Of a DNA stretch of 64,000 nt, positions 25,036-38,500 are shown piece after piece. A program made the translations under genes and the position numbers. This DNA comes from Lytechinus pictus (lineage: Eukaryota), in the NCBI RefSeq assembly GCF_037042905.1, contig NC_087247.1, positions 26,226,001 to 26,290,000 of the forward strand, written 5' to 3'. The stretch's first letter is position 1, and each line of letters opens with the position of its first letter. The notes under the pieces were generated by a model. That model worked only from the letters and a program-made list of their open reading frames with translations, searched no databases and was not told the DNA's origin.

Positions 25036-27093
25036 CATATTTTCCGCCAAAATTATGATAAGTTAAAAGAAATAAGAGGGGGTACAACAAACGTTAGCAC
25101 ACACTTTTCATTATCCTTTGAAAAAATTTCACCCCCCTCCCCATTCGCTTCTGTATTGCAATACATCAGGGGGGGGGGGGTGTCGTTCATCACCGGGAGG
25201 GGTCACCTTTAGAGAGAAAAAGAAAGAGAGAGAGAGAGATCTTATAGTTTTCCATTTGAAGCTATGCGTTTTAGAGCTGGTTTCAGCCCAAGTGGCGAAA
25301 AGTTAAAATATAAAAGCTTATCTATCAATTCAATTCAAACTTTTTGAACAGCGTAATAACGCTTGATAATAATTTCTACACCAATGGATTTATGTCAGTA
25401 CCTTGTGAATTTTCATTTCTTATTCGAGATTCAGAATAATCATGTGTCATCAAATACATGCAGTATATTTGTTGGACACATTTAATAACATGGTAATGGT
25501 TGATTTATTTAGGTAATCAAAGATGGTAATGTTTGATAGTTTACATGCATTTACACAAGATGCGGATGTGTGAGACAATATACCAAAGAATATTTGAAAT
25601 CGATGAGAATTATCCTGTCATGCCTAATCTGTTTGTTAGTGATTTATTTCTTTATTTTTTACTTGAAACGTAATTGCTGATATGTCATAGCTGTAATGTT
25701 ACTTGTGACATTAAGCTGAAATCATAATTCATTCTCTCCAACTGTTGTGTTTACCGTTCTGTTTCTGTATTGTAAATCAAAATTTGCAATTAATGTACAA
25801 TATTCGGCAATGTATCAAAAGTGAATGAGAAAAGTACCACAAAGTATTTTGCTACATTTGTTGAATAAAAAATGTCATGGATGTGAAAAAATTATTGCAT
25901 ATTTTTAACTTATTAATTTCCATCGTTAATGGCATTAATATCACAGCTTATTTCCTAATATTAACATGCATTGCACACATTGTTAAGATGAGGAAAACGA
26001 AAGGTACTAATTTATATATTTTAAAAGTGTATTATGAATACATCTGCTCTAATGAAATAATAAATATTCCCTGAAATGAATAAGTTGTGATAAATTGACT
26101 ATATCTGTTTTGATGTGGAAGAGGTTCATCGTGGTGAAGGATTGAGTAGAAGAAATAACCAGTTGTCTCACGATGTATCAAATATCTGATTTTTTTTTTA
26201 TTTGGACAAGAGTCGCTTATGTGATTATATATTCATATTATTATATTTTTTGGTTCGCCTGTTTGCAACCATTCTTCCCCATATTTGAAAAGAGGATAGT
26301 CCTGTCTTTGTATGTACGAGCATGTTCCTACCACCTCTGTCGGATAGAGGTGGTATTGGTCCATGGTGTGAGGCAATTAAGTAATTCACCTCATCAACTT
26401 TTATAGGGGGATCATTGACATCCATTATTTAATTCCAGGCACATCTCAGAAAAAAAAAATCTTTGAAGTTTATTTCATTCTGCAAGTACACTTATATGAC
26501 ACAGTTTAAACAAAATATTGCATCTTCCAATATGCCCATGATCATGTAAGACCGTAAACAAATGAAATCTTTTAGGTTTTACCTAACAAAACATATCATA
26601 CGCTTGATCACATATTAAAAAATTATCCAATTTCAGATTGTATTTTTGTAATTACATTATACAATTTTTGCATGTTTTTAATGGCCAAATGAATAATAAT
26701 AATAATAGGCCTACTTTCGTGAAACTTTTTTATAATTCTCAATGAAAATTGTAAGTTTTTAAAAGAGGGTACAAATGAATAAAAAATTTAATTTCAGTGA
26801 TACACCCCCCCAAAAAAAGAAACCCAAACAACTGAATGCTTGCATACATGACAATTGACCACTTTGCACTTTACAAAAATATCAAATGTACAAAAATCCA
26901 ACTGATTTCAACGATTAGTGCATAATCTGTGAAAAAAAAAACATTTAAAGTTTGGTTATAATTTCGAGGAGTGCGAGGGCGGGTTTGAGCCGTTGATGCA
27001 GTCATCGTATTGGAATCAGTATAAAGCGTTTTGAAGTCAAAACAGTTGCACATGCACAAACTATTTTGTCATACCGACCTTAATCGTTTTTAA

Positions 27094-27688
27094 AGGGATA
27101 TTCCAGGCTGAAAATAATATAATTTGAACAGAGAAAGAAAAATCAGACAAATAAAACGTTGAAAATGTTATAAATGTCGGACAAGGAATAACAAAGTTAT
27201 ATTTTTAAGATTTGCATTATTATGGTGAATTAGTTCTATGCATCTTCTCGTGAATATTCAATGAGCAAACTGTTGACGTCATATGCCCATATGCACTTGT
27301 TCTTTTGTATTTTATTACATTAAATTATGTTTATTCAAAAGTTTTTTTTTTACTCAAGAACTAAAAAAACTTGCATTAACAACTGGTTTATGTATTGGAT
27401 ATTCATTGCTGCAAATCATTTTATCATAAGGGAGACATAATTATAACACGTGTGAAAAAATTGATAATTATTATTTCATGTAATAACATAAGAAAAAGGA
27501 AAGTGGGGAAGTGAAATCATAAGTCCATGATTCATGACGATGTGCAAATAACTTTTTCACAAATATTACTAAAGTTCAAAATTCAATAACTTCGTTATTT
27601 GTTATATATTGATTAAAGTTTAAGTATTTTGCTGGGGGAATATTACTTATTTGTTAGATATGATTATTCTCAGCCCGGAATACCCCCA
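27094..27688. mobile_element. Diverged copy of the Kolobok/T2-type MITE
   Basis: TTAAAGGGATATTCCAGGCTGAAA start and TCTCAGCCCGGAATACCCC end; internal sequence similar to 33988-34568. Confidence 0.72.
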
Positions 27689-28687
27689 TCAAGCTGAATA
27701 TTTATAATTGATATAGTTATATAAGCACATTTTGGCGTATATTGGGGGCATGGCCTCAAAAGTTTCTCGACCAAGAAAGAAAGGGAAAAAAAATAAGCAA
27801 CATACCACACTCCTCAGGAATTTAAAACCTAGCGTCCCCCAATATAAATAAGTATCATGATGTATGTAGGCCTAGCTTGCTACTTTTTACTGCACGTATT
27901 CATGTTTGTGAATAATAACAAAAAAACAAATCACGTTAAAGCGTTATCTGTTCCATTAAGCATTTATTAAGCACTACACCATCGTACCATAACTATGGTG
28001 TGTGGATGATTTAAGATTTTCTGACAAAAAGCTATGTTTATCCATGTTTTCTTGCTCTGGACTTTCCATGACAACGCCAAGGCATTTAGTTCACCCCTTC
28101 CCGAAAAAGAGAGATTGATATAAATGTAGCCCAATCGTATTTCCAATATTTGAATGGAATAAGCTCGATTTGGATGAGCACAGCTTCCACTGTCATTTCA
28201 TTTAAGAGGATGTTTAAACAAACTTTTAATTTATAACTTATATAGCTAAACATACTGTTGTGCATACTCAGTATTAGTATTAGCATGATTGTGCACATAA
28301 TTGGGACTGAACTATTCATTATGTCATTATAAGCTGAATTAGTTTACAGACATAAAAATAGAAGTACAAAAATAAATGTTTTTACCTAACCTAAAATAAA
28401 ATTTATGTTGCCCTCATCCAACGGACCGTAAAATTCGAAAAAGCAGGGTCGCTGTTTTTTCTTTTAAGCAGACCCAAAATATACAAATGAAAAGATTTTG
28501 TGAGAAAATATTAGATTGTGCAAATAGTTTATATAAGTTTGTATTCAATGGCTAAAAAAAGCAATGAAATATGCGTTTTAACTGACAAAAGAAATCATCC
28601 CATGCGTGATTTTCTTTGTGCAGCGAAGATTATATTTAAAATGATAATAATCGACCGACCGACCCAACTTTCTGATTTGGGGGTTAA

Positions 28688-29269
28688 ATTTGTACTCCGG
28701 GCTAAAAATATGTTATATCTAAATAAATATAGTAAAATTCACACAGTAAAATGCTGAAAATTTCATCAAAATCTGATAGCAAATGGTGAAATTATTAAAA
28801 ACTTTAGCTAAATCATTGTGAAAACAGTTATAGGCTTGTCATGAATTATTGGGCTGATGATGTCACATCCTCACTTTCCCTTATCCTATGTTAACATGAA
28901 ATCATAATTGTTTCATTTTTTTCGTATATGTGTGAATGATATGTCTCCCTTAAAATGAAATAAGTTGCAGCAAAAATATATCCAATGCACTAAATCATGA
29001 TCAGTTGTCAATCCATTTTTTTAGTTTGATGAAAAAATATAATTAAACATAATTTCATACAATAAAATGCAAAAGAACGAGTGGGGATCATCAGTAATAC
29101 TCGTTGAATATTCATGAACTGTTTCACTGGAATCATGCAAATATTTAATATGCCATAACTTTGTTATTCTTTGTCCGATTTTGATCAAATTTTCAGTATT
29201 TTGATCATGTTGATTGTCTGTTTTTCTCTATTTGTTCAAACCGTGTTATTTTCAGCGTGGAGTATCCCT
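28688..29269. mobile_element. Diverged copy of the Kolobok/T2-type MITE
   Basis: Ends TTTCAGCGTGGAGTATCCCT|TTAA; core TGAAATAAGTTGCAGCA...AATGCACT...CAGTTGTCAATCCA shared with 33988-34568. Confidence 0.78.
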
Positions 29270-29299
29270 TTAAGGGGCAGGATAAGAATTTTTTAGGCC

Positions 29300-32200
29300 T
29301 TACCACAAGCACGTTTGAACTTTCTCTTTTCCCAAATTATTCTTTCGAAGATACACCACCTCGTCAAAGTAACGATTGTCATTATTTGTTTTTTTCCACT
29401 CTCCTTTGAGATTCTTGTAGATTAAAATAGCCAGAATGGATGCATCAAACCGGTGCTTGGGCAACCGGGCACCAACCGGCGAGATACAGTGATATTCTAA
29501 AGCACATTTCAGCATCGGTTGGACGATAGCTTGTTGGATGTATGAACTGTTAACGTAGAGTTGACGATTTGCCGCAGCGTGTGGCGCCATGCCATCTGAA
29601 TTATAGTACTCGGTTCTATTAACCCCAAGGTTATCGTAGAGTTGGGGATGGGTGTAGAAGTACTGATGTTTAATCTCTTCTGTTTTCTTGGGATCAAACG
29701 CGTGAAAGTGAGTCATGTATCCATGGTGATTCAGTGAGATTGGTAGAAGTTTCCGCAAGGAGCCTTTGAGCCGGATGGATGAATCTCCCCAGAAAATGGC
29801 GCCAAACTCTCGAAGAGTTATCTTTAAAAAATGACGAAAGATATTAAAATGTTTATCAAATTAAAACATTTTAGAAATCTGGATTTGAATAATCATATTT
29901 TAGCAATTCATTTAACCATTGAAAAAAATCTTATTTTAGCCTATGCGTATTTGGTACGATTTGGTTCTTAACTTATTAACATATATTTCCCTGCTGTTCT
30001 GTTCCATCGAATTTTGCCGGGGTACACCAAGGGTCAATTCTCGGACCCCATTATGCTTCTCAAATGCTTCTCAAATTGCCGTAATGCATTGCTATAGATA
30101 AGCAGGGTGCAAAAATTGTCTCTCTTTTGTTGAGCAGTTCATCTTTCAATCATAATTCATTCGTTTTTGTAATTTCATAGGACATTTTAGACATAGTAAC
30201 TTACGTCAATGATAATTGGTTTCCATGCGTACGTATGTAGATTCCTGACATGTTTAGGATACGACCTGAAAGGAAATGTTCGCACCTGAACATCACAAAG
30301 ATTTTTGACCTGTAGATATAGTGTGGGATATAAGAAATTTTCATGAAATAGAGCTATAATAAGGTGAAGTGTGTAGTGGTTTCACGGTACATCACCTATT
30401 ATTTCGTAGGCGCATGTTGGTCCTTCAAAGGACACCCAAACTCGACCTTTCGACAAGTGTGTTCTCGACATCCTAAGGAGAATGAGCAAAAATTCTTTGA
30501 GACCACTACACTTTTCTTCTTCGCCATGGAAACCATAAGGTGTATTCTTATGGATTTTCGTTTTTTTTAAGAATGTTCACTTTGTGTCTTGAATGAAAGA
30601 AGTATATCATTGCAAATGAAATAGAACTAAAATTGAATAGGCGTTTATACTACCAAAAGAATGGGAAACTCGCATAATATTATGTAACAAACACAACAGC
30701 AACCGGGAGTTTTACAGGGAAATATTTTTTCCTGACGATCCGTTTCGAAATGCTTAATCCCCCTATTCCTCGAAGATTTGTTAACAGAAAACTTAATCAT
30801 GAATCATTGATTGGCTAAACTGCCCGATACTGGATAGAACCATCTTCCCTTTTTATTATTAATAATACGAGAATTTCCATTATGAATGATTTGGGTTATT
30901 TGCAATAATCATAATAATGGAAAGGCTCTTACCGTCTCCAGAGATGTCGTATTAAGTCCCAAGTTATAGAGGATGATTTCTTGACCTGGCATGAACCTTT
31001 GAATACTAGCAATCCATGGTTTAACCTCTTCAAAATGGTTCTGAGATACGGCCGTCACAACTTTAAATCTCTCATACAACTCTTTCATAGAAGGTATCCC
31101 TTTTTCTATATCAAATTCTCCATTCTGTGTGATTAGAACAAAAAATCAATAAAAGAAGGTCTTTACAATTAAAGCTCGATTTTTGAAGAAAAATAAACTA
31201 AAATGCAATTCATTTTCATTTGTTTTTAAGTGTCAAGATGACCTGGCTGAGACCTTATTCGGTAGCCCAGTTTAACTGAAGCCCTAACTCCGTATATGGG
31301 AAGCTGAAAGTATCCAAAATTATTTGCATTGCTTTTTTGATATGTTCAATGTTTGAGGAAACTGTTATAGTTATTATTCTCAGATAATTAGTATGACAAA
31401 TAGGTCGTTGTAAAGAAATTACAATCGGTTGTAAATTAGTGTTAGGCACTAAAATCAATCACGAGTATTTTTAGCTAATTGCTAATTTGCAAGTGATTGC
31501 TTGTCTGCTCATTGCATTGATATAATAAAAATAGATTGATTTGCTTTAGTTAAATTTGATTTGTATCGTATGTGAATTCGCAGCTGATGCGATTGATTAC
31601 AAAAATTTTATCTTGCATCACCCCCTAAGTATTAACAGTAATTAAGCAATTTTTTTTTACTCTACCGTAATTTGCGAACCCTGGTTATAATCAAACCCAA
31701 TTTTTATTCAAAATGATAGTGAGAAAAATTGCACTTGCCTGAAATTCACCACTAGCAGGGAATCGACTGGTATCGCACTCCCCCTGAGCTGGACAAGGAA
31801 CATATTCCTTTCTACTGTAAACCGCTATTTTCTCAGCTTTCTCAACAAACTTTCTGTCTAAATAAATATATATATATCAAAGGGTTAGTCCAGGCTGAAA
31901 AAGTATGTCTTGATCAGATAGACATTTGATACCAGAAAGCTACAAAGATTGTATCCTTAAATTTTCAGCCTAGGATAGCTTTTACCTCGAAAAAAAAAAG
32001 AAGAAAGAAAAAGAAACACGCAGGTATTTTATTTGATCTGGCTTACTTTTGAATACTGTACATTATTTCAAAAGTGGGGCGAAAGGTCCATAGATCATTT
32101 ATCAACTTCTGGTTTTATTCGGTGGGTAAAAATCGACCAGTCATTATGGATAATTTGACGAAAACTATGAAGTTCAAAAATACCATATTGTAATTTAAAA

Positions 32201-35200
32201 AAAACATACATCTTTTGTAAATTGTTTCGGAGGAGGTGATTGTGTTCTAGCCCCCATCTCCCCACACCTCTCCCCTTGAACCCCAGATATGCCAGGGGAA
32301 TATGCCCGTCTCAGCTTTTTTTTCTTACGTCCAGACTTGAGTTGATAACTTGGTATTGAGTTGAGATAGGTAATACTCATCGAGATACTGGCTACCGTGA
32401 CGAGCCATGCAGAGACAAGACGACATCCATACGGCAAGAATCTGAATAATATTTAAAGAAAACGTGAACAATCCAACATTATATAAAATGCTCTTGCACT
32501 TCTGAATTCAATTGTTGTAGGCCGCTGAATCAATAAACTTGTAAAATAATCATAATTATGTCAAGCCTCTCAAAGAAAAAAAAATCAATTCGCGCTTGCA
32601 TTATTTGTTAAGTTAGAAACGCTCTCCGTTCATGATTACACAAAGTCAGTGCTATAATGTTGCGTTATCAGGTCAGCATAATGCCTATTCAGCTCGCGCT
32701 TCGCGCTTCGCGCTCGCTTTATTCGTTATTTGTTTATCAGTCGCGTTGCGCCCCCTATTGGATAATGCTGGTAAATCCCGATATCTGGGTCGCTTCGCCC
32801 TCACTAAGAGGTTAAGGTTTTTTTTCTTCAAAATCTTACCCCTCATCCCCCGCAAAACGATTGTTACTGGCCTATTTGGGAAAAAATAATACTGATTAAA
32901 ATACGAATAACCATGGCAACATATGCCTGTTTGGTCGTATAACCAGGGGCGTCGCTAGGGCTTTTCCAGTGGGGGGGGGGGGGGGTGGAGGCCCAGATTA
33001 CCGACAAATATCGGTACCGATTACCGACATCGGGCGACCATGCGTCATGATAGAGTTACTCATTCTCCTTCATCCCATTTTCTTTCGTCATACCCAGGGG
33101 CAATATCGGCTTTCCTCAATGGGGGGGGGGGGGGGAATATTTTCATCCAATTCCCTTCATGGTCGCCCTAATCTGATATTTTTTCATTTTGTTCTTTTAT
33201 TCTTTGAAACAAGATAAGGTATTTCATGTGGCCTGAATATAAATTACCATGCGAGCGCGAAGCTTTTGGATATTTTATATATTTAGACCCGAAAATTAAT
33301 TTTTTTGAGCAGCCTTTGTAATTATGAACTAGATGCGTATCTAACTAAACGTTCAGTTTATGCAAGAGCGAGCTGAAACTTTAAATTAACTGTTCTGAAA
33401 ACGAGATGTTGATGACTATATGCAGTGACTCGTGAATAGAATACATCAAGTAGTGCGAGCGCCAATCGCGAGCCGAAAAAAACAAGACCCGAAAACTGGA
33501 CTGGTTATTGGACGTTTTTAATAAAAGAACACATTTAACAAGCGCATAGCACGAGCTATTTTTTTCATCAGATTTAGAACTTAAAAACAGGACATTCAAA
33601 AAGCTATGTAACCATGAAGAGGATGGGCATAGAACTAAGCAACTGTTGCAAGCGCGGAGCGCGATCTGATTTTTTTTATTTTACTACCTGAAAATTGGAC
33701 ATTCCAAAAGTTTTTGCAATCATGAACACGATTGGTGTCTAATAAAACAGGTAATAAGAGCGCGAATTTTTGAGATTTTGACCTTAAACCGGGACATTCT
33801 AATCACTGTCGGGAGATCGAGATGGGCAAGTTGACAAATTTTGACATTTAAGAAAAAATTGTACACGTTTTTATCGATAGAACAAACTCAGATTCGGCAT
33901 CTATTAGTAAACAAGCTGTGTGTTTTAATAAATATAATGCGAGCGCAAAGCGCGAACTGAAAACCTTTTTATATGTAGACCTATTAAAGGGATGGTCCGG
34001 GCTGAAAATATTTATATCTTAATACAAAGAGTAGAATTCACTGAACAAAATGCCGAAAATTCATCAAAATCGGATAACAAATAATAAAGCTATTGAAGTT
34101 TAAAGTTTAGCAATATTTTGTGAAAACAGTTGTCATGAATTTTCATTAGGTTGGTTGATGATGTCACATCCCCACTATCCGTTTTCTTATGTTATTACAT
34201 AAAATCATAATTTTTTCATTGTTTCATACTTGTGTGAATAATATGTCTCCCTTATATTGAAGTAAGTTGCAGCAATAAATATCTAATGCACTCAATCAGT
34301 TGTCAATCCAATTTTTCTAGTTCTTAGAGGAAAAAATTTGAATAAACCTAATTTCATATAATAAAATACAAAAGAAAAAGTGGGGATGTGACATCATCAG
34401 CCCACCTAATGAATATTCATGACCACTGTTTTCACAAAATATTGCTAAACTTTAAAATTCAATAACTTTGTTTTTTGATATCCGTTTTTGATGAAATTCT
34501 CGGCATTTTGCTAAATAACTTCTACTTTATTTATTAAGCTATAAATACTTTCAGCCCAGACCATCCCTTTAAACCGGGACATTCTAATCACTGTCGGTAC
34601 AGGGAGCTCCCCTAGTTCGCATTGCGAAAACAAAATCACAATTTAACGATAACTGTATGCAAGTTGAATTCTATTGACATAGAGAATGAACTAAAAGACA
34701 GAGCAAGAATAATTTTTGGAGCAGTTACAACAGCCCTGAGAGACCCGAAAGTTTGTCACTTTCCGACAGACGTCATGACGCGTCAGTCCAACAGCCATGC
34801 GCTTGCGTCATAGACAATTTTTAATTTTTCTAACACCTCAGACTCCGCATCTTTAAATCTAATCAAAACCTCATCTAACGCGTCCCCTTCTCTCTGATTT
34901 TCTCCTTCCCTTTTCCCCCTTTAATNNNNNNNNNNNNNNNNNNNNNNNNNNNNNNNNNNNNNNNNNNNNNNNNNNNNNNNNNNNNNNNNNNNNNNNNNNN
35001 NNNNNNNNNNNNNNNNNNNNNNNNNNNNNNNNNNNNNNNNNNNNNNNNNNNNNNNNNNNNNNNNNNNNNNNNNNNNNNNNNNNNNNNNNNNNNNNNNNNN
35101 NNTATTCCCGACGGCAGCGCAGATTTACCTACGATATCCAGAGTCTAGGGGGGAGTGTCCCATCCCCACCCCTTAGCGACGGCCCTGCGCATAACCTTTT

Positions 35201-35587
35201 CAAATCATCATGCTTAGACATTTTTTTTCTTTAAAGTCATATTATTACATTATGCCTCATATTTACCCAGTATTTTGGGGCAAATGTTTTTTCCCGAGAG
35301 TAACTTCGATCTCGAGATCTCGGAATCCATTTAAAACTTTAATCTAGATCGACCCATGGCCATGAAACTGCACGCACATGCACGCCCAATGCCCATTTTA
35401 ATCTCCGTAAGAAATTAATATAAACATCGTTTTCTTTCTTGACACCTTAATTTAGTTACTTAAACAACTATTTATAATATTAAACACAAGTATTGTACTG
35501 TCAAAAATACAATATTAAATGTGTATACTTTAATGAAATCCCCGGGAATGAAATATAGCCTACATGTACTTACGACTTTGAGATCAT
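29300..35587 (-). CDS. DUF1647-like type II membrane protein, paralog A (putative GT-A glycosyltransferase), about 354 aa
   Basis: Minus-strand exons 35587-35574 (MISKS, less certain), 32441-32329 (hydrophobic LVSAWLVTVASISMSITYL), 31857-31739, 31124-30933 (VVTAVSQNHF...ILYNLGL), 30309-30205 ([24 protein letters not shown]), 29821-29300 ([13 protein letters not shown]...HRFDASIL). All phases match. Family call is from recalled motifs, not a search. Confidence 0.82.
33988..34568. mobile_element. Kolobok/T2-type MITE with long TIRs
   Basis: TTAA|AGGGATGGTCCGGGCTGAAA ... TTTCAGCCCAGACCATCCCT|TTAA; roughly 230-bp imperfect inverted arms; TTAA on both sides. Confidence 0.85.
34926..35102. other. 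Assembly gap (N run)
   Basis: Run of N. Confidence 1.
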
Positions 35588-38500
35588 CCCTTTCGATGTC
35601 CTGGCCTCTGGCAAGAAGCTTACTTTAGATCTTCCACGAAGCACAGTTTAGTGCGTTGAAGTATATTAATATTTACAAAGTTTAAGCAGTGATTTTGTTT
35701 TTCACGTGAATACACTGATGTTCATTTTCGATTCAGGGGCACCTGTAATAAAATTCCAATTTGGATATTCCAATCCCTATTCCAGTTCAAATTTCGTCAT
35801 CGATGCCAATGGCTCATACACAATGCGTCATGATGTGTCCTTTCGTGGGTCTATAATTATCTTCGAGTTTTTAATTACCAATTAGCCTTGTAGCTCAGCA
35901 CAGACTTTACGAAGGTATTCTTGAAGAAGGTTTAAATCAACAAACACGGGCTAGGGTGCTTTGTACAGAGGCACATTAAACGGATAAGTACAGCCGCTAC
36001 CGTTTGTTACAAAGAGCGGAAGGTGCATTGGATATATTAATTGATCTTATATCTCAAGTTAAGCTGAAAATACAACATAATGCAGGAAGGGTCCAATAGC
36101 TGACTCATTTAAATGTAAAAGATGACGGTTCCAACTCTGGTGTTTGCGTGAACGTGTGTTCCGGTTTTATGTTCCATTTAAGCGTATCTTGCCAAAACAG
36201 TTGAAGTTATTGATATATTATATATGTATTTTTTTTTTTGGAGGGGAGTGTTTGTTTTTTCCTTATGATAAAGTTGTACGATTACCTGTAAATATTGTAA
36301 TTGTTTTATTCTATAGTTTTCTGTTTGTTTTCTGGGTTTTTTTGGTTGACCTAATTACGCATAGTTAGCAAAGGAATTGTTATTTGTGATCACGTAAGTG
36401 TATGAATTTTAATCGGTTTTACGGAAATTATCGTCAACAAACATGTTAAAATTAAGGCATCCGTATTGTGACAATTTTGTACATGCCGTATAAAATATTA
36501 TGTAAGGTCCATGATTGGTTGATACTTTATGTACCCAACGAAATATCAGGCGTCAATCGTGAGATGAACTACATTTGGCTGGTAAAAGATTGTCCCTTGT
36601 AAAAACCAACGTTTCTGCATTCTTAAAATTCATGCATGCTTGGTTACCATAAGGTGTTACTATTTTTTTTTTGCAGGACGTAATATTGAATCCAAAAAGT
36701 AAAGGGTATTTTACATGGAAAATTTGAAAGCGAGCGAAAATCGACATTAATTATCAAATCATTCGATAGATTCATTATTGATTTTATCCCAGTCATGTTT
36801 TATACTCTCCCAACGCTTTTCCATCCAACTCTATCTCCTCTTCTCTCCTCTGTCTCTGCATCTTCCTTCTGATCCTCTTTCTCCTATCTTCTTCTTCTTC
36901 TTCTTCTCCTTCTTCTTCTTTTTCTTCTTCTTCAATCGTACGATTGCCATTAAAGTTAAATATTCAGTTCGCTTTTATTCTAATAATGATGGTAGCAACC
37001 GTAAGCATAGTCACAGATTTAAACACAAGTATTCGTACGATGATTTTGAATTTCATTCAGTAACTCGTTCCATGTCACAATATTCGCATCAAATCTACGT
37101 TTTGTAATCGGGTCGCAGAACAAATCTTAAGGCTGTGAGGTTTTCTTTCCAAATACAAAATACGCGTTTCTGATATTGGCAAGCTCTTCCTCTTCTTTAT
37201 AGCAACTACCATGGTAACCTTGATTTTGATTGGCTGCTGAGCCCTGATGCCATGGTATTTGCCATAATGGCAAAGTTACAAGAGTTGTAACTCTTTATGA
37301 AACGGGCCCCAAAAGATTCATTCCTAATATGTTAACCCGTTCTCATCTGAGGGAGCGGGGGGGGGGGGCAGGGACAAACTGACCCCTCAACGGAATTTTG
37401 ATAACTTTATTTTGGCTTGTCGGAAAATTTTGGAACGATTGGCTATGGAATTGGAAGTGACCTTTGATCCCTCTTTTGGTTGTTTTTAATTAGTTGTCAT
37501 AAAGTGTCGCCCATCCCGACGAGATTTTCCAGGTACGCGACTGCATTTACTTACTTGTAAAGGTTGGGGCCAAACAATGACTAGTATAGGGTGTAATGGG
37601 TTTCTGAAAGAAACGTGCATGCGGTATTGAATTCAATGAATCATCCCTTTCTGATGGAATTAAACAGTGGGAGTTTGGAGTCCCAAACGTAAAAGTATAA
37701 TCATATCTGACTAATACACGTCTGCTGACAAAACACACACTCGACTACCGAATAATGAGCTCCATGCTCAAAATGTCACGGGTTGATTAATTATCAAAGT
37801 CCACTTCCGTAGAAGAGGACTAAGACACACGAGGGATTCAAGAACACAGATGAACAGCTGTGAGGTCTTTGTCGACAATATTTATTGGGGAACCGGAACA
37901 GCAGTTTTGTCCTTAAGTTTCGGAGCTGACGAAAAATTGCAAAATAGGACGATACTGCTGTTTTGATTCACCAATTTTCGACAAAGACTTCTTGGTTGCT
38001 CTTTGTCACTAACAGGATTTGTCAATATATTTTCTATGTTCTTGAATGCGTTGTGCGTCGTGGAGCGAATATTCCCTATTGAGAAACGGGACTGTTCATA
38101 ATTGGGCCATACTATAGCCCCTATAGTCCCTATTAGCCCCTAATATTCCACTTTCACAAATAAGTCTTCAGCAAACAATTTGTATTAAAATAAGACATGG
38201 ATGTAGTCACTGAGAATGATTAAGGAGGTCACAATTAAAAGGTCATGCACATACTGACATAAACAGAGACACCTAGGGGTGGGGGCATGCATGCTGTCAC
38301 TCCTAATCAATTAAATAGCTAAAGAATAGAACACGGTAGATAAAAGAAACAAAGTGGCGAAAAAAAATGAATTCACACTACGTCAGTATCCCTTCCCCCC
38401 TCCCCCCCCCCCGTGGAATGATTTTATTTCAATTAAAAAGGATCTAAAGTAAGGAGGGCACAATACAGAGGTCATGCACACACTGTCATAACGAGAGACA

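Larger units (their letters stand above)
32944..35187. mobile_element. Non-autonomous hAT-type element with internal tandem repeats and a nested MITE
   Basis: TIRs CAGGGGCGTCGCTAGGG / CCCTTAGCGACGGCCCTG; 8-bp TSD CGTATAAC (32936-32943) versus CGCATAAC (35188-35195). Spans an N gap. Confidence 0.8.

Noticed and set aside
33250-33985. Repeat units with variable intervening sequence, superficially CRISPR-like
   Set aside because: Eukaryotic context, degenerate units, spacers homologous to each other, no cas genes; it is a TE-internal tandem array.
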